Of a DNA stretch of 64,000 nt, positions 11,444 to 20,742 are shown piece by piece. The notes beneath the pieces are model-generated. The model ran no database searches and had not been told where the DNA came from. It saw nothing but the letters and a program-made list of their open reading frames with translations. The stretch lies in NCBI GenBank assembly GCA_964643545.1, contig CAZXTE010000001.1, forward strand, positions 19,101 through 83,100, given 5' to 3'. The DNA comes from an uncultured Candidatus Saccharibacteria bacterium (GTDB lineage: Bacteria; Patescibacteriota; Saccharimonadia; Saccharimonadales; AWTP1-31). Numbering within the stretch: the first letter of the stretch is position 1; each line of letters starts with the position of its first letter. Both the position numbers and the translations under genes were made by a program.

Positions 11444-12681
11444 TGCTTATTTAGACAAGTCAACCAATCACTACTCGGATTTACTTCGAGACAAACTCGC
11501 TCGCCAGAGTGAGCATTGTTGAATTTCTGAACTGAATTTGAAAAGTTTGTATACGATTTTTGTGGATAAGAGAAATCACTCGGTATTCCCAATAGAACCA
11601 TGCACAAGAGCAAGCCAACTGCTAATGACCTTGCATACTTATTAGCATACGAAAAGAGGAATAGTATTGCCGAAAAGAGGCCAATCATTGGAAGCCAAAA
11701 ATAACGATTTCCCCCTCCACTAACCATCGACGTCCACTGGGGTACGGTGTTGCTAGCCTGGGGTTTTATGAGCGCTACAAAGAAAATCAGCCAAGTGAAG
11801 ATTATGATCATCTTATACTTATACGGTGCTTTGATGAGAACAAAGATTAATAATGCTAATGTAACCGCACCAAGCACCGCAAACCAACCTTGATTGGCTA
11901 AAGCGTATTTGTTAATAGTCTCCATGCCTACCAGCAGTCCGCCAGTAATTCTACTACCTATTATAGCCAGAAACTTGACTGGGCTCGCGCCCAATCCCTG
12001 CGTAAATCTGGCTTCGGGCTTAGACAGAAGATACACAATTGTCTGCACGACCGACGTAACAGAATATACAGCCAGGTAGGGAAAGCCGACTTTCCCCCTC
12101 TTCCACAACCAGAAAGCGATTGGCAGGACTATGATGGAAAAAGGACCGGTTAGACCAGATATAAAAAGTACGCTGGTGTCAAAGACTTGCCAAAGTTTCG
12201 ACTCAGTTTTGCCAGAGATTAAAATCATGAACACGATCAACGCTAGGTGCCAGTTCATGTTGGTCAGGTTGGCGTTAACCTCAAAACTATTGGGCATCAG
12301 CAGATAGAAGGCTGCAAATAGTGACGAGTTTCGGGTTGAGCCAGTAAGCTTTTTGAATCGGTCGGTAAACAACAAAACAACAGGTAAAATCTGGACTACT
12401 GTTGCCGATAACACAAAAAATAATGGTGCTAGCTTCAACGGCAAGACCATGGATGTCGATGCGACCAGACGCATGCCGACTTGTAGGCTGCTGGCGTAGG
12501 GTTTAAAGATTGACAGAAGAATACCGTCGTTATAGGCCTGGCCGAACCACTTTATACCATCCTCTCCCCAGAATTGGGCATGCCTAAAAACGCTTGGATC
12601 GCGGAGGTAGACAAGCAAAAAACTGCCCAAAAATACTCCCAGAAGGAGCAGTATCTTGTTCTTAGTTAAATAATTCCGCAT
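11440..12681 (-). CDS. polytopic membrane protein, paralog of 16561-17853
   Basis: 413 aa with about 10 TM helices. The N-terminal motif FRHAQFWGEDG..W...AY and C-terminal tail ..NPSSDWLTCLNKH are shared with the 430-aa ORF at 16561-17853. This is likely a glycan polymerase or transferase family. Confidence 0.6.
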   Translation of the reverse strand: MRNYLTKNKILLLLGVFLGSFLLVYLRDPSVFRHAQFWGEDGIKWFGQAYNDGILLSIFKPYASSLQVGMRLVASTSMVLPLKLAPLFFVLSATVVQILPVVLLFTDRFKKLTGSTRNSSLFAAFYLLMPNSFEVNANLTNMNWHLALIVFMILISGKTESKLWQVFDTSVLFISGLTGPFSIIVLPIAFWLWKRGKVGFPYLAVYSVTSVVQTIVYLLSKPEARFTQGLGASPVKFLAIIGSRITGGLLVGMETINKYALANQGWFAVLGAVTLALLIFVLIKAPYKYKMIIIFTWLIFFVALIKPQASNTVPQWTSMVSGGGNRYFWLPMIGLFSAILFLFSYANKYARSLAVGLLLCMVLLGIPSDFSYPQKSYTNFSNSVQKFNNAHSGERVCLEVNPSSDWLTCLNKH

Positions 12682-12706
12682 TTGTGGATAGTATATAATA
12701 GTTCTC

Positions 12707-14329
12707 GTGCTTACAATAGATTGGTGGCCGCTACTAAGTGTAGCGCTTTATATTTCTTCATTTTTTAGTCTAAGTCTTTTTTTTGGCCTCAAAGCCCATC
12801 AGAAAAAACTCATTCCCGATAACTTTTTGTACATGGGTGGCCTAGCCATTTGTCTAGTCATCTGCTATTCTCAGTTTTACATTTTTGCCATTAGCCCAAA
12901 GCTTGGTCACGTCACGACTATTCTATTTATTCTCGCAGGCTTAGCAGTTTTGCCATTCCTGTTACGAACGCTTCTGATTCAAAAAACGATTTGGCAAATA
13001 ACTAAGAAGTACTTCTTTGTACCTTTTTTGATAATAGTTCTCCTCACTTTTCTGTATTCGTATTTCTTATTCGGCTGCACCACCAGCAAATACACTATTG
13101 ACCAATGGGGTGAAGTTCAAAACCCCGCCTTTTGTCACATATCGAAACTACCTATAGATAATGCTCTGCCCTACATCTACAGCGAGAAGGTTAAGAACAA
13201 TGATGCTAAATCATTGGTGATTGATTGGAGCATAGCCGACCGGCCACCGCTGCAAATTGCTACAACTTTGCCAATTTCTGATTTAGCCAAAACCACTGGC
13301 AGACCACAGCGTTACGCTATGTATTACGTCTTTTCCATCACATTACAGCTAAGCTGGATTGCGGTCATTTGGGGCATTTTAACAAAGCTTCTCCAGCGAA
13401 AATTACATGTCTGGGGTTCTATGTTGGCCCTGTCTGCTACGGGGTTCTTATACATTAACTCCGTTTTTGTGTGGCCAAAACTGATCTCAGCCAGTTTATT
13501 CGTATTTGGCGCCTTCATACTTTTTGAAACTAGCACCAAGAGACGAAACTTATTTACTTACAAGTATCTTACCCTAGCGGCAATCTCGTTCGCGCTGGCA
13601 TTACTCTCGCATACGGGCGTGTTGTTTACGTTAATAGTCCTTGCGCCGCTGGTTGCTTTTGACCTTTGGCGTAGTCAAAAAATAGACCAGAAGTTATTGA
13701 AGAGTCTCATAGTACCGACTGCTGCTGCCCTCATCTTGCTAGTACCATGGCAAATCACCAAAAATCATTTAATTTCTCATGATCGACTCATCAAGTGGCA
13801 CTTCGCAGGTGTAATCTCTGCGGAGGACCAGCGGGGAACTCTCAAAACTATAGTTGACGAGTACAAGAAGTTGCCCCTCGCAGCCTGGGCACACAATAAA
13901 CAGAAAAATATTGAAGCACTCTTTACGGGGGGCGTAGGCAACAGTTGCGACTCTGCAATTCGCAGGACCCTTGACGATTGCCACGTAGCCGTATGGAGAG
14001 ATCGAGAGTTCTTCAGCTCGTTCTATTCTTTAGGATTGTTTTCCATTGGATTCCCCGTAATTATCTGGCTTGGCCTTAAGAAGAAGTTGGACAGGCTTGA
14101 TATTATGCTACTTTTACTTACAGTACTGTACTTTATAGTTTGGGTGCTGTTGATGTTTATCCCGGGAGCAACCGTGATACATCAAGGGTCGTATGCTTCT
14201 GCTCTGTTTCTATTTATTTTGCTCATCAAGAATCTATCGCTAATGCCCGACGCAGCGTTTATAGCTTTTGTCGTTCTACAGCTCACCATATTTGGGTTAG
14301 CCTGGCTTCGACCTTTCGGCTTTTTGTAA
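12707..14329 (+). CDS. polytopic membrane protein (putative glycosyltransferase, GT39/ArnT-like fold)
   Basis: 540 aa with at least 12 TM helices and soluble loops. It sits in the polysaccharide locus, and no specific motif was recognised. Confidence 0.5.
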   Translation: MLTIDWWPLLSVALYISSFFSLSLFFGLKAHQKKLIPDNFLYMGGLAICLVICYSQFYIFAISPKLGHVTTILFILAGLAVLPFLLRTLLIQKTIWQITKKYFFVPFLIIVLLTFLYSYFLFGCTTSKYTIDQWGEVQNPAFCHISKLPIDNALPYIYSEKVKNNDAKSLVIDWSIADRPPLQIATTLPISDLAKTTGRPQRYAMYYVFSITLQLSWIAVIWGILTKLLQRKLHVWGSMLALSATGFLYINSVFVWPKLISASLFVFGAFILFETSTKRRNLFTYKYLTLAAISFALALLSHTGVLFTLIVLAPLVAFDLWRSQKIDQKLLKSLIVPTAAALILLVPWQITKNHLISHDRLIKWHFAGVISAEDQRGTLKTIVDEYKKLPLAAWAHNKQKNIEALFTGGVGNSCDSAIRRTLDDCHVAVWRDREFFSSFYSLGLFSIGFPVIIWLGLKKKLDRLDIMLLLLTVLYFIVWVLLMFIPGATVIHQGSYASALFLFILLIKNLSLMPDAAFIAFVVLQLTIFGLAWLRPFGFL

Positions 14330-14367
14330 TTTACAATTCTAGTTTAAAATGGTAAACTATAACTGTT

Positions 14368-14892
14368 ATGGTTAAAAATAAAAAGGTTAGAAAGACTAAG
14401 ATAATTGCACTCACCGCCGCTGTGCTGCTTCTAGCTGGCGGCTCTGCCTTTGCCTACGTAAAAACCAGACATCCAGCAGCCCCGGCGCCTCTGCCGGTCG
14501 GTGGAGTCAACCTTGATAAGCCAACTGCAGAAGAAATAAAAGAAACTGAAGAATTCAAGAAGCAGCAAGCAAAAGCGACGACTAACCCGCCCACCCAAAC
14601 GGCTTCTAACAACAATGCCAACGTTGTCATAACGACCATAACCACAACCGAAGCTAGGGGCTATGTATCGGGCACAGTTGAAGAAGGTGGCACCTGCACG
14701 CTAACGCTCACAAGAGGTACGGCAAAAGTAACAGCGAGCTCAACTGGCATACTCGATGTCAATAAAACGACCTGCTCCCAAATCACAATCGGCCCGGGTC
14801 AACTAAGCTCTGGTGAATGGGATGCAGTACTCAGTTACACTTCTCCAAGCATAAGTGGATCTTCTGCGGTCCAGAAACTAAAGGTACCCTGA
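14368..14892 (+). CDS. membrane-anchored secreted protein, unknown function
   Basis: 174 aa. It has an N-terminal signal anchor (IIALTAAVLLLAGGSAFA) followed by a Thr/Asn-rich linker. It is co-oriented with, and 3 nt upstream of, the next secreted-protein gene. Confidence 0.5.
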   Translation: MVKNKKVRKTKIIALTAAVLLLAGGSAFAYVKTRHPAAPAPLPVGGVNLDKPTAEEIKETEEFKKQQAKATTNPPTQTASNNNANVVITTITTTEARGYVSGTVEEGGTCTLTLTRGTAKVTASSTGILDVNKTTCSQITIGPGQLSSGEWDAVLSYTSPSISGSSAVQKLKVP

Positions 14893-14895
14893 GCT

Positions 14896-16560
14896 ATGTT
14901 GAGACCATTAAAGAGATTTGGTGCATTTATCAGCTTGCTAACCGCAGCGGTACTAATCGTGTTTGGACTTCAGCCAGCCTACGCAGCATCTGGCAACACC
15001 TTCAAAGCTGATCGTATTATTGATGACGCCATATTTTTTAACACAGCCCAGTTGTCCGTTACAGACATACAGAATTTCCTAAATAGTAAGGTCCCAACGT
15101 GCGACACCAATCATACCGGCAGCGGAAGCAACCAACCGCCGTTTACCTGTCTCAAGGACTACTCACAAACCATCAGCGATAGGGCGGCAGACCAGTATTG
15201 TACTGGTGCCGTAAGCGCTGGCACAAAGTCGTCGGCACAGATTATTAAAGATGTCGCAAATGCCTGTGGAATCAATGCTGCTGTACTAATAGTATTGCTC
15301 CAAAAAGAACAGTCCTTAATTACTGATACGTGGCCATGGGCATCACAGTACGAAAAAGCTACCGGTTACTATTGCCCCGATGACCCATCTAGGCCGGGCT
15401 GGTGTGACCCGGAATATGCAGGCTTTTTCAACCAAGTGTGGTATGCTGCCAGACAATTCCAGAGGTACGTGAAACAGCCGGGTTCTTTTAACTTTGCTGT
15501 TGGAAGAGCAAGCAGTGTACTCTTCCAGGCAAACCGCCCTAGTTGTGGTGGCACAACCCTTACTATGCAAACCCGAGCAACCGCAGCACTTTACAACTAT
15601 ACACCGTACCAGCCTAGTCAGGCTGCTCTAGACTATCTCTACGGCGTAGCCCCTGGTGACCCTAACACACCCGGCACGCCAGCTTATTGTGCAGCTTATG
15701 GGAACAGGAATTTCTGGCGACTCTTCAATGATTGGTTTGGGCCAACTACTTCAGATAACAATACGGATGTTATAAGTTTTGTTCGGCTTAACCATGCATC
15801 AGGGAACGTTGAGGTAGTAGGCTATACCTCAATAAGCGAGTACTCTTACCCCGCTCGGCATAACTTCTCTAGCTATCCCTCCGTACCAGCCGATGGCAAT
15901 GTGATACCCCTATTCTGGCCTAACGGTGACCTCGTATTCGTGAGACTTAATCATGCCTCAGGAAATGTCGAAGTGGTGAGCTATAGTGCGAATAGCGGAT
16001 ATAAACAACTTGTTAATATTGCAATAACTGGCTACCCCTCCGTGCCTGGCGATGGCAATGTTATCCCAATGTTTAAACCTAACGGGGATTTAAGTTTCAT
16101 TCGACTAAACCACAGTTCAGGAAATGTCGAAGTGGTGAGCTATGGCCCCGGAAGTAATTATAGAAGTCTCACCAGAATTCAAAATTCTAGCTATCCCTCC
16201 GTACCAGCCGATGGCAATGTGATACCCCTATTCTGGCCTAACGGTGACCTCGTATTCGTGAGACTTAATCATGCCTCAGGAAATGTCGAAGTGGTGAGCT
16301 ATAGTGCGAATAGCGGATATAAACAACTTGTTAATATTGCAATAACTGGCTACCCCTCCGTGCCTGGCGATGGCAATGTTATCCCAATGTTTAAACCTAA
16401 CGGGGATTTAAGTTTCATTCGACTAAACCACAGTTCAGGAAATGTCGAAGTAGCTACCTACAGCGCCTCTAGCAACTACAAGCAACTTATTGATTTACGC
16501 CTGACTGGTTACCCTAATGTAGCTAATGATGGTGCCGTAATTCCGCTATTCACCAGGTAG
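14896..16560 (+). CDS. secreted protein with six ~53-aa beta-strand repeats (NGDL.F.RLNH.SGNVEVV)
   Basis: 554 aa. Signal peptide with AYA cleavage site, then a Cys-containing N-terminal domain. The 53-aa repeat recurs six times, and two of the units are encoded by 100%-identical DNA. Confidence 0.7.
   Translation: MLRPLKRFGAFISLLTAAVLIVFGLQPAYAASGNTFKADRIIDDAIFFNTAQLSVTDIQNFLNSKVPTCDTNHTGSGSNQPPFTCLKDYSQTISDRAADQYCTGAVSAGTKSSAQIIKDVANACGINAAVLIVLLQKEQSLITDTWPWASQYEKATGYYCPDDPSRPGWCDPEYAGFFNQVWYAARQFQRYVKQPGSFNFAVGRASSVLFQANRPSCGGTTLTMQTRATAALYNYTPYQPSQAALDYLYGVAPGDPNTPGTPAYCAAYGNRNFWRLFNDWFGPTTSDNNTDVISFVRLNHASGNVEVVGYTSISEYSYPARHNFSSYPSVPADGNVIPLFWPNGDLVFVRLNHASGNVEVVSYSANSGYKQLVNIAITGYPSVPGDGNVIPMFKPNGDLSFIRLNHSSGNVEVVSYGPGSNYRSLTRIQNSSYPSVPADGNVIPLFWPNGDLVFVRLNHASGNVEVVSYSANSGYKQLVNIAITGYPSVPGDGNVIPMFKPNGDLSFIRLNHSSGNVEVATYSASSNYKQLIDLRLTGYPNVANDGAVIPLFTR
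15871..16455 (+). repeat. perfect tandem duplication inside the secreted repeat-protein gene
   Basis: The segment 15871-16137 is repeated identically at 16189-16455, with a 318-nt period equal to 106 aa in frame. The copies diverge only after gaaatgtcgaagt. Confidence 0.85.
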
Positions 16561-17853
16561 TTAGTTCTTCTTCAGGCACGTTTTCCACGCTTCGTCGGGA
16601 TTTATATCAAAGCAATATTGTTGCCCAGGACGTAAGGTCGAGAACTCGTTAGCTTGGCCTCTGAAGTTAAACTTCTTCAACTCTTTTACTCTAAAGTAGA
16701 ATGGGAAAAATAGCACGTATAAAGCCACCAAAGCTGAGGCAATCTTGCCCATGTTATTCCTGGTAAGTGCCGCAAAGTAGACCAGTATCAGCAGCCAGCA
16801 GAAGATTGGGATGAAAAAGTATCGTGCGCCGAAGGAATTTAGTTGTAACATATCCCAGAACTGCACAATCGGAACAGTTTGAGCTCGTACGAATGTCGAA
16901 GCATAAATAAGAGACCCGAATAATATCACTGCTCGCATATAGATGTTGGCCTTGATGAAGGCGTAGATCGTCATAATAATAGCGAACATACCCAACATAA
17001 ACATCTGGGGCGACCCTGCTATCTCTTTGGTGATTATTTTCTCGCCTGCGACTGGCAAAGCAAAGAACCTCATACCGGTAATCTTAATCGGTTTACTATA
17101 GTTATTTATTAGTTCTCTTTTCTGAGATACCAGACTGGCAGTTCTTTGTTGGGGGGCCTGTACGTAGACAGCTATCTGAATGAGCGCACAAGCAACTATA
17201 GCAGCAGCCTTAATCCAGTGCATTCTATTTTTGCTCTTTTGAGCAGTAATTAAGTATGCAGCCGTTAGTGCTAGGAAGGGAGCAAACGGCCCACTCAACC
17301 CAGACACAATAAGCACAGTAATATCAAATACCAACCATTTCTTCTGCGTTTTTGGGCCCCTAACTAGTACCAAAATTGCGGCAGCGGCCAAGAACCAAAT
17401 AGTATTTGTAAAATTTCCATAAATCTCAGCAATGCCCGGAATAAGTAGGTATAGAAAAGTGAATGTCATCTTTGATCGCACACTGAATTTTTTTATAAGG
17501 GTGCTATCCGACCAGAATATAAACAATGGTAGGACCATGACCAGAATGGCCACTAAATTTGCCGCCGCTGGGGCGAATCTTAGGGGTACCAACAGCAGCG
17601 GTAGAGCTACCAATCGAGGGAAGAAGGGCAAGATTCCAGAATAAGTCTTGAAGATACTGTAGCCGCCACGCATATAGGCATCTCTATAAAATACGGCGAA
17701 GTCTTCTGCCCAAAACTGAGCATTAAAAAGCAGCTCCGGCCTTCGTAATACGATTACGCCAACGCCAATCAAACACACTACTACCGCTTTTTTCATATCT
17801 GAAAGTACGACAAATTTACGCCAAATGTTAGCTGCCAGCGACTTTATTTCCAT
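16561..17853 (-). CDS. polytopic membrane protein, paralog of 11440-12681
   Basis: 430 aa with about 10 TM helices. It shares the N-terminal motif (LFNAQFWAEDF) and C-terminal motif (INPDEAWKTCLKKN) with the ORF at 11440-12681. Confidence 0.6.
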   Translation of the reverse strand: MEIKSLAANIWRKFVVLSDMKKAVVVCLIGVGVIVLRRPELLFNAQFWAEDFAVFYRDAYMRGGYSIFKTYSGILPFFPRLVALPLLLVPLRFAPAAANLVAILVMVLPLFIFWSDSTLIKKFSVRSKMTFTFLYLLIPGIAEIYGNFTNTIWFLAAAAILVLVRGPKTQKKWLVFDITVLIVSGLSGPFAPFLALTAAYLITAQKSKNRMHWIKAAAIVACALIQIAVYVQAPQQRTASLVSQKRELINNYSKPIKITGMRFFALPVAGEKIITKEIAGSPQMFMLGMFAIIMTIYAFIKANIYMRAVILFGSLIYASTFVRAQTVPIVQFWDMLQLNSFGARYFFIPIFCWLLILVYFAALTRNNMGKIASALVALYVLFFPFYFRVKELKKFNFRGQANEFSTLRPGQQYCFDINPDEAWKTCLKKN

Positions 17854-17857
17854 ATTC

Positions 17858-19756
17858 CTATTTTAATCTAGCATTAGCGATGTCACGACGAAACTCTGGG
17901 TGATAAAACGGGTCATCTTTAATGAGAGTGCCCCACTTATTTAACATAAGCTTTATCTCTTTATCGAACAGTTCTAGGTCGCGTTGCTTAGAACCAGGCT
18001 GGCCAATAGAGACTGACTCGTGGTGAAACAGATTTACGTGCGGCAGGTACACATTCCTATAACCTTTATCGTATAGCTTTAAACAGAAGTCAACATCGTT
18101 AAAGGCAATCTTAAAGATGGGGTCGAATCCATTAACTTTATTGAACTTGGAGACACCAACCATCACACAGGCTGCAGTTACAGCTGTGAAGTTCCGCGTG
18201 CCACCGACATATAAATTTTGAATGGGGCTCTGGGGTGGTTTATCTATATAAGCCGGGAAGAAATGCCCGGCTATGCCTGGGGTGCCATCCTGGCCACCAA
18301 CACCAAGGATAATGCCTGCATGCTGCAGCCTCTTGTCTGGATAATATAGTTTGCAGCCCACTGCACCAACGTCATCTTGTTGGCTGTAGGCAACCATCCC
18401 TTGGATCCAATCCGGAGATATGACCTCAGTGTCATTGTTGAGGAATAGTAGCTGTGAACCACTTGAGTTATCCGCTCCTAGATTGCAGGCTGCGGCAAAG
18501 TTGAACGGCTTTTCCCACTTCACCACCCTCAGGCCTTTTCCGAGCGATTTGTACCTTTTGTACAGATCCCACACTTTGTCGTCTGTACTGCCCGTGTCTA
18601 CTATTACTACTTCGTAATTATTATAGGTTGTTTTTTCTTTAATTGACCTTAAGCAACGCTCAATATAACCAAATTGATCTTTGGTTGGGATAACGATACT
18701 TACTAACGGATTATCACTTTCATACGCAACCCTCCACATAGAGTATGGAATTTGCCAAGAAATCTCGGCTTTCATGTTACGAGCCTTGACATCATCTTGT
18801 AAGGCTTTCTTCTGATTAACATAGGCGTACTCTTTGGAAGCAGGATTTTCAGCAGTCGAATTTTCAGTTTTCCGCCAACTGTAGAGTACCGTGGGTATGT
18901 GCTGAATTTTGTCAGTCTGGCGAGTAACTCGAAGGAATAGGTCCCAGTCTTGAGCACCTTCGTAACCAGGTCGAAAACCGCCAACTTTCTCAACTAACGA
19001 ACGTCTAATGACCGCAAAGTGAGTTATGTAATTGATTGATCGTAAAAATTCAAAACTCCAATCTGGTTTAAAGAAGGCATCTTCATGCACCTTGCTTTGT
19101 GAATCTATCTTGTCTTCGTCGCTATAAACAAGGTCGGCTTTTTTTTCATTAATAACAGTCGCTGCGTGGAATAAAGCATTTGGCCATAGTACATCATCGT
19201 GATCGAGCAGAGCTATAAATTCACCACTTGCTAGCTTTAATGCTGAGTTTGTGGCATGACAGATATGACCGTTTTCTTGGCGTATGGTGTACTTTATTCT
19301 GGGTTCTTTTTGGGCGTAAGCCTGAATCGCTCCAATTACTTTTTTATCGGTCGAGGCATCATCGGCAATGCAAAGCTCCCAGTTATCGTAAGTCTGGGCT
19401 ATAACGGACTCAATGCACTCTTTTAGGTGCTGAATGTTAGGATTGTAGGTTGGCACTAATACACTGATTAGAGGGCGAGATTTGAAATTCTTTTGGTTTT
19501 TCACTTGCTGCTTCAAAATACCACCCGTTGGGTAATTCTTTTTAAACCACTGTCTGTATTCTTTGTCGATTTGAATCTTTGTGTGAGCCGCTAGGGTTAA
19601 TGAATCTATGCGCGAAATGAGTTTTTTTGCACCCGGTAGACGCCGGGTATAACGATTAATAAAGATGTGTTTGCCGAAGATCTTGATGTGCAGAATTCGG
19701 ATTATAATTGGATATATCCCCTGCTTTACTTTCTTTACTATAGACGTCATTTTCAC
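17858..19756 (-). CDS. dual-domain family 2 glycosyltransferase
   Basis: 632 aa containing two GT2 modules. Their signatures are ISVLVPTYNPN...DDASTD and VSIVIPTKD...VVIVDTGSTDD, as in WbbL or rhamnan-type polymerising glycosyltransferases. Confidence 0.8.
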   Translation of the reverse strand: MKMTSIVKKVKQGIYPIIIRILHIKIFGKHIFINRYTRRLPGAKKLISRIDSLTLAAHTKIQIDKEYRQWFKKNYPTGGILKQQVKNQKNFKSRPLISVLVPTYNPNIQHLKECIESVIAQTYDNWELCIADDASTDKKVIGAIQAYAQKEPRIKYTIRQENGHICHATNSALKLASGEFIALLDHDDVLWPNALFHAATVINEKKADLVYSDEDKIDSQSKVHEDAFFKPDWSFEFLRSINYITHFAVIRRSLVEKVGGFRPGYEGAQDWDLFLRVTRQTDKIQHIPTVLYSWRKTENSTAENPASKEYAYVNQKKALQDDVKARNMKAEISWQIPYSMWRVAYESDNPLVSIVIPTKDQFGYIERCLRSIKEKTTYNNYEVVIVDTGSTDDKVWDLYKRYKSLGKGLRVVKWEKPFNFAAACNLGADNSSGSQLLFLNNDTEVISPDWIQGMVAYSQQDDVGAVGCKLYYPDKRLQHAGIILGVGGQDGTPGIAGHFFPAYIDKPPQSPIQNLYVGGTRNFTAVTAACVMVGVSKFNKVNGFDPIFKIAFNDVDFCLKLYDKGYRNVYLPHVNLFHHESVSIGQPGSKQRDLELFDKEIKLMLNKWGTLIKDDPFYHPEFRRDIANARLK

Positions 19757-20742
19757 TTCTTTCTCTTAATTACCCTCTTGGTTGCTCTAAGTAATTTGGT
19801 GACCTTCCAAGATAATGATCGTTGCATTGCCGTATTAGATGCCTCAAGGGTTTGTACTTGTAATGAAAGGAGGTTTATTGAGTGCTGCATACTATTTTTT
19901 TGATTATCAATTGCGTTCTTTACTATCTCTGTTAGGGCTAGCGGTAGTTTGTTAACAACACTGACAGTTTTAGTGGCAACCTTCGGATAATACTCATCCA
20001 TGGCTTTCGCTACTCTCCTAACTTTACTTTGATTCCCAGAAATAAAGTAGATTACTCTATAAGAATTAAACTCGTCAACATCACTATCTAGCAGCTTGGT
20101 GTTTTCATTATAAAATCGATTAATCTCACCTGCTTTCATCGATGTAGTGTCGAGTACGCTAGATAGAAAAAAGATAGTCTGCATGGTAACCCAATTCTCA
20201 ACTTTATTACTATAGAGTTTACTAAAGTATAGTTTTTTAGAATGAATCACTGACTCTATTTTTTGTTGAGTTGGTAAGACATTGTCTATATGTTCTGCTA
20301 GCCACTGATGTCCTTTTCCTTCAAATGATTTGAAAAGCGCATTTAAATTCTTCTCGGCTTCGGTAACCACACTTGAAGAATTTTCGAACGGACAGCACAA
20401 GAAAAATCCTTCTTTAGAGACACGTATGCATTCTAGAATAAAATCTGCTCGTTTTTCTGTAGATATATGCTCTAAAACATCAAAACTAACCACTACATCA
20501 AATTCCTCATTTTTAAAGGACATTTTTGTTCCATCGCCCTTGACGTAGTTATCTTCCTCTACATCAAAAACATCGAGTACCGTTACTTTATCTTGCCTCG
20601 AAAAATCGTGGGTTTTTCCCTTGTATCCTCCAACGTCAAGTACTTTGAGAGTTTTACCCTTTGGCCTAATTACTCCTACTAAGTCTGCGGTTATATTTTG
20701 ACGAGAATACTGATCGAAAGGTAAGTCTAGGCGTGCGTTCAT
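19753..20742 (-). CDS. SAM-dependent methyltransferase with C-terminal coiled extension
   Basis: Motif I KVLDVGGYKG and post-II DVVVSFDVLEHI are present. It overlaps the upstream Wzt stop (ATGA) and the downstream GT start. Confidence 0.7.
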   Translation of the reverse strand: MNARLDLPFDQYSRQNITADLVGVIRPKGKTLKVLDVGGYKGKTHDFSRQDKVTVLDVFDVEEDNYVKGDGTKMSFKNEEFDVVVSFDVLEHISTEKRADFILECIRVSKEGFFLCCPFENSSSVVTEAEKNLNALFKSFEGKGHQWLAEHIDNVLPTQQKIESVIHSKKLYFSKLYSNKVENWVTMQTIFFLSSVLDTTSMKAGEINRFYNENTKLLDSDVDEFNSYRVIYFISGNQSKVRRVAKAMDEYYPKVATKTVSVVNKLPLALTEIVKNAIDNQKNSMQHSINLLSLQVQTLEASNTAMQRSLSWKVTKLLRATKRVIKRKK

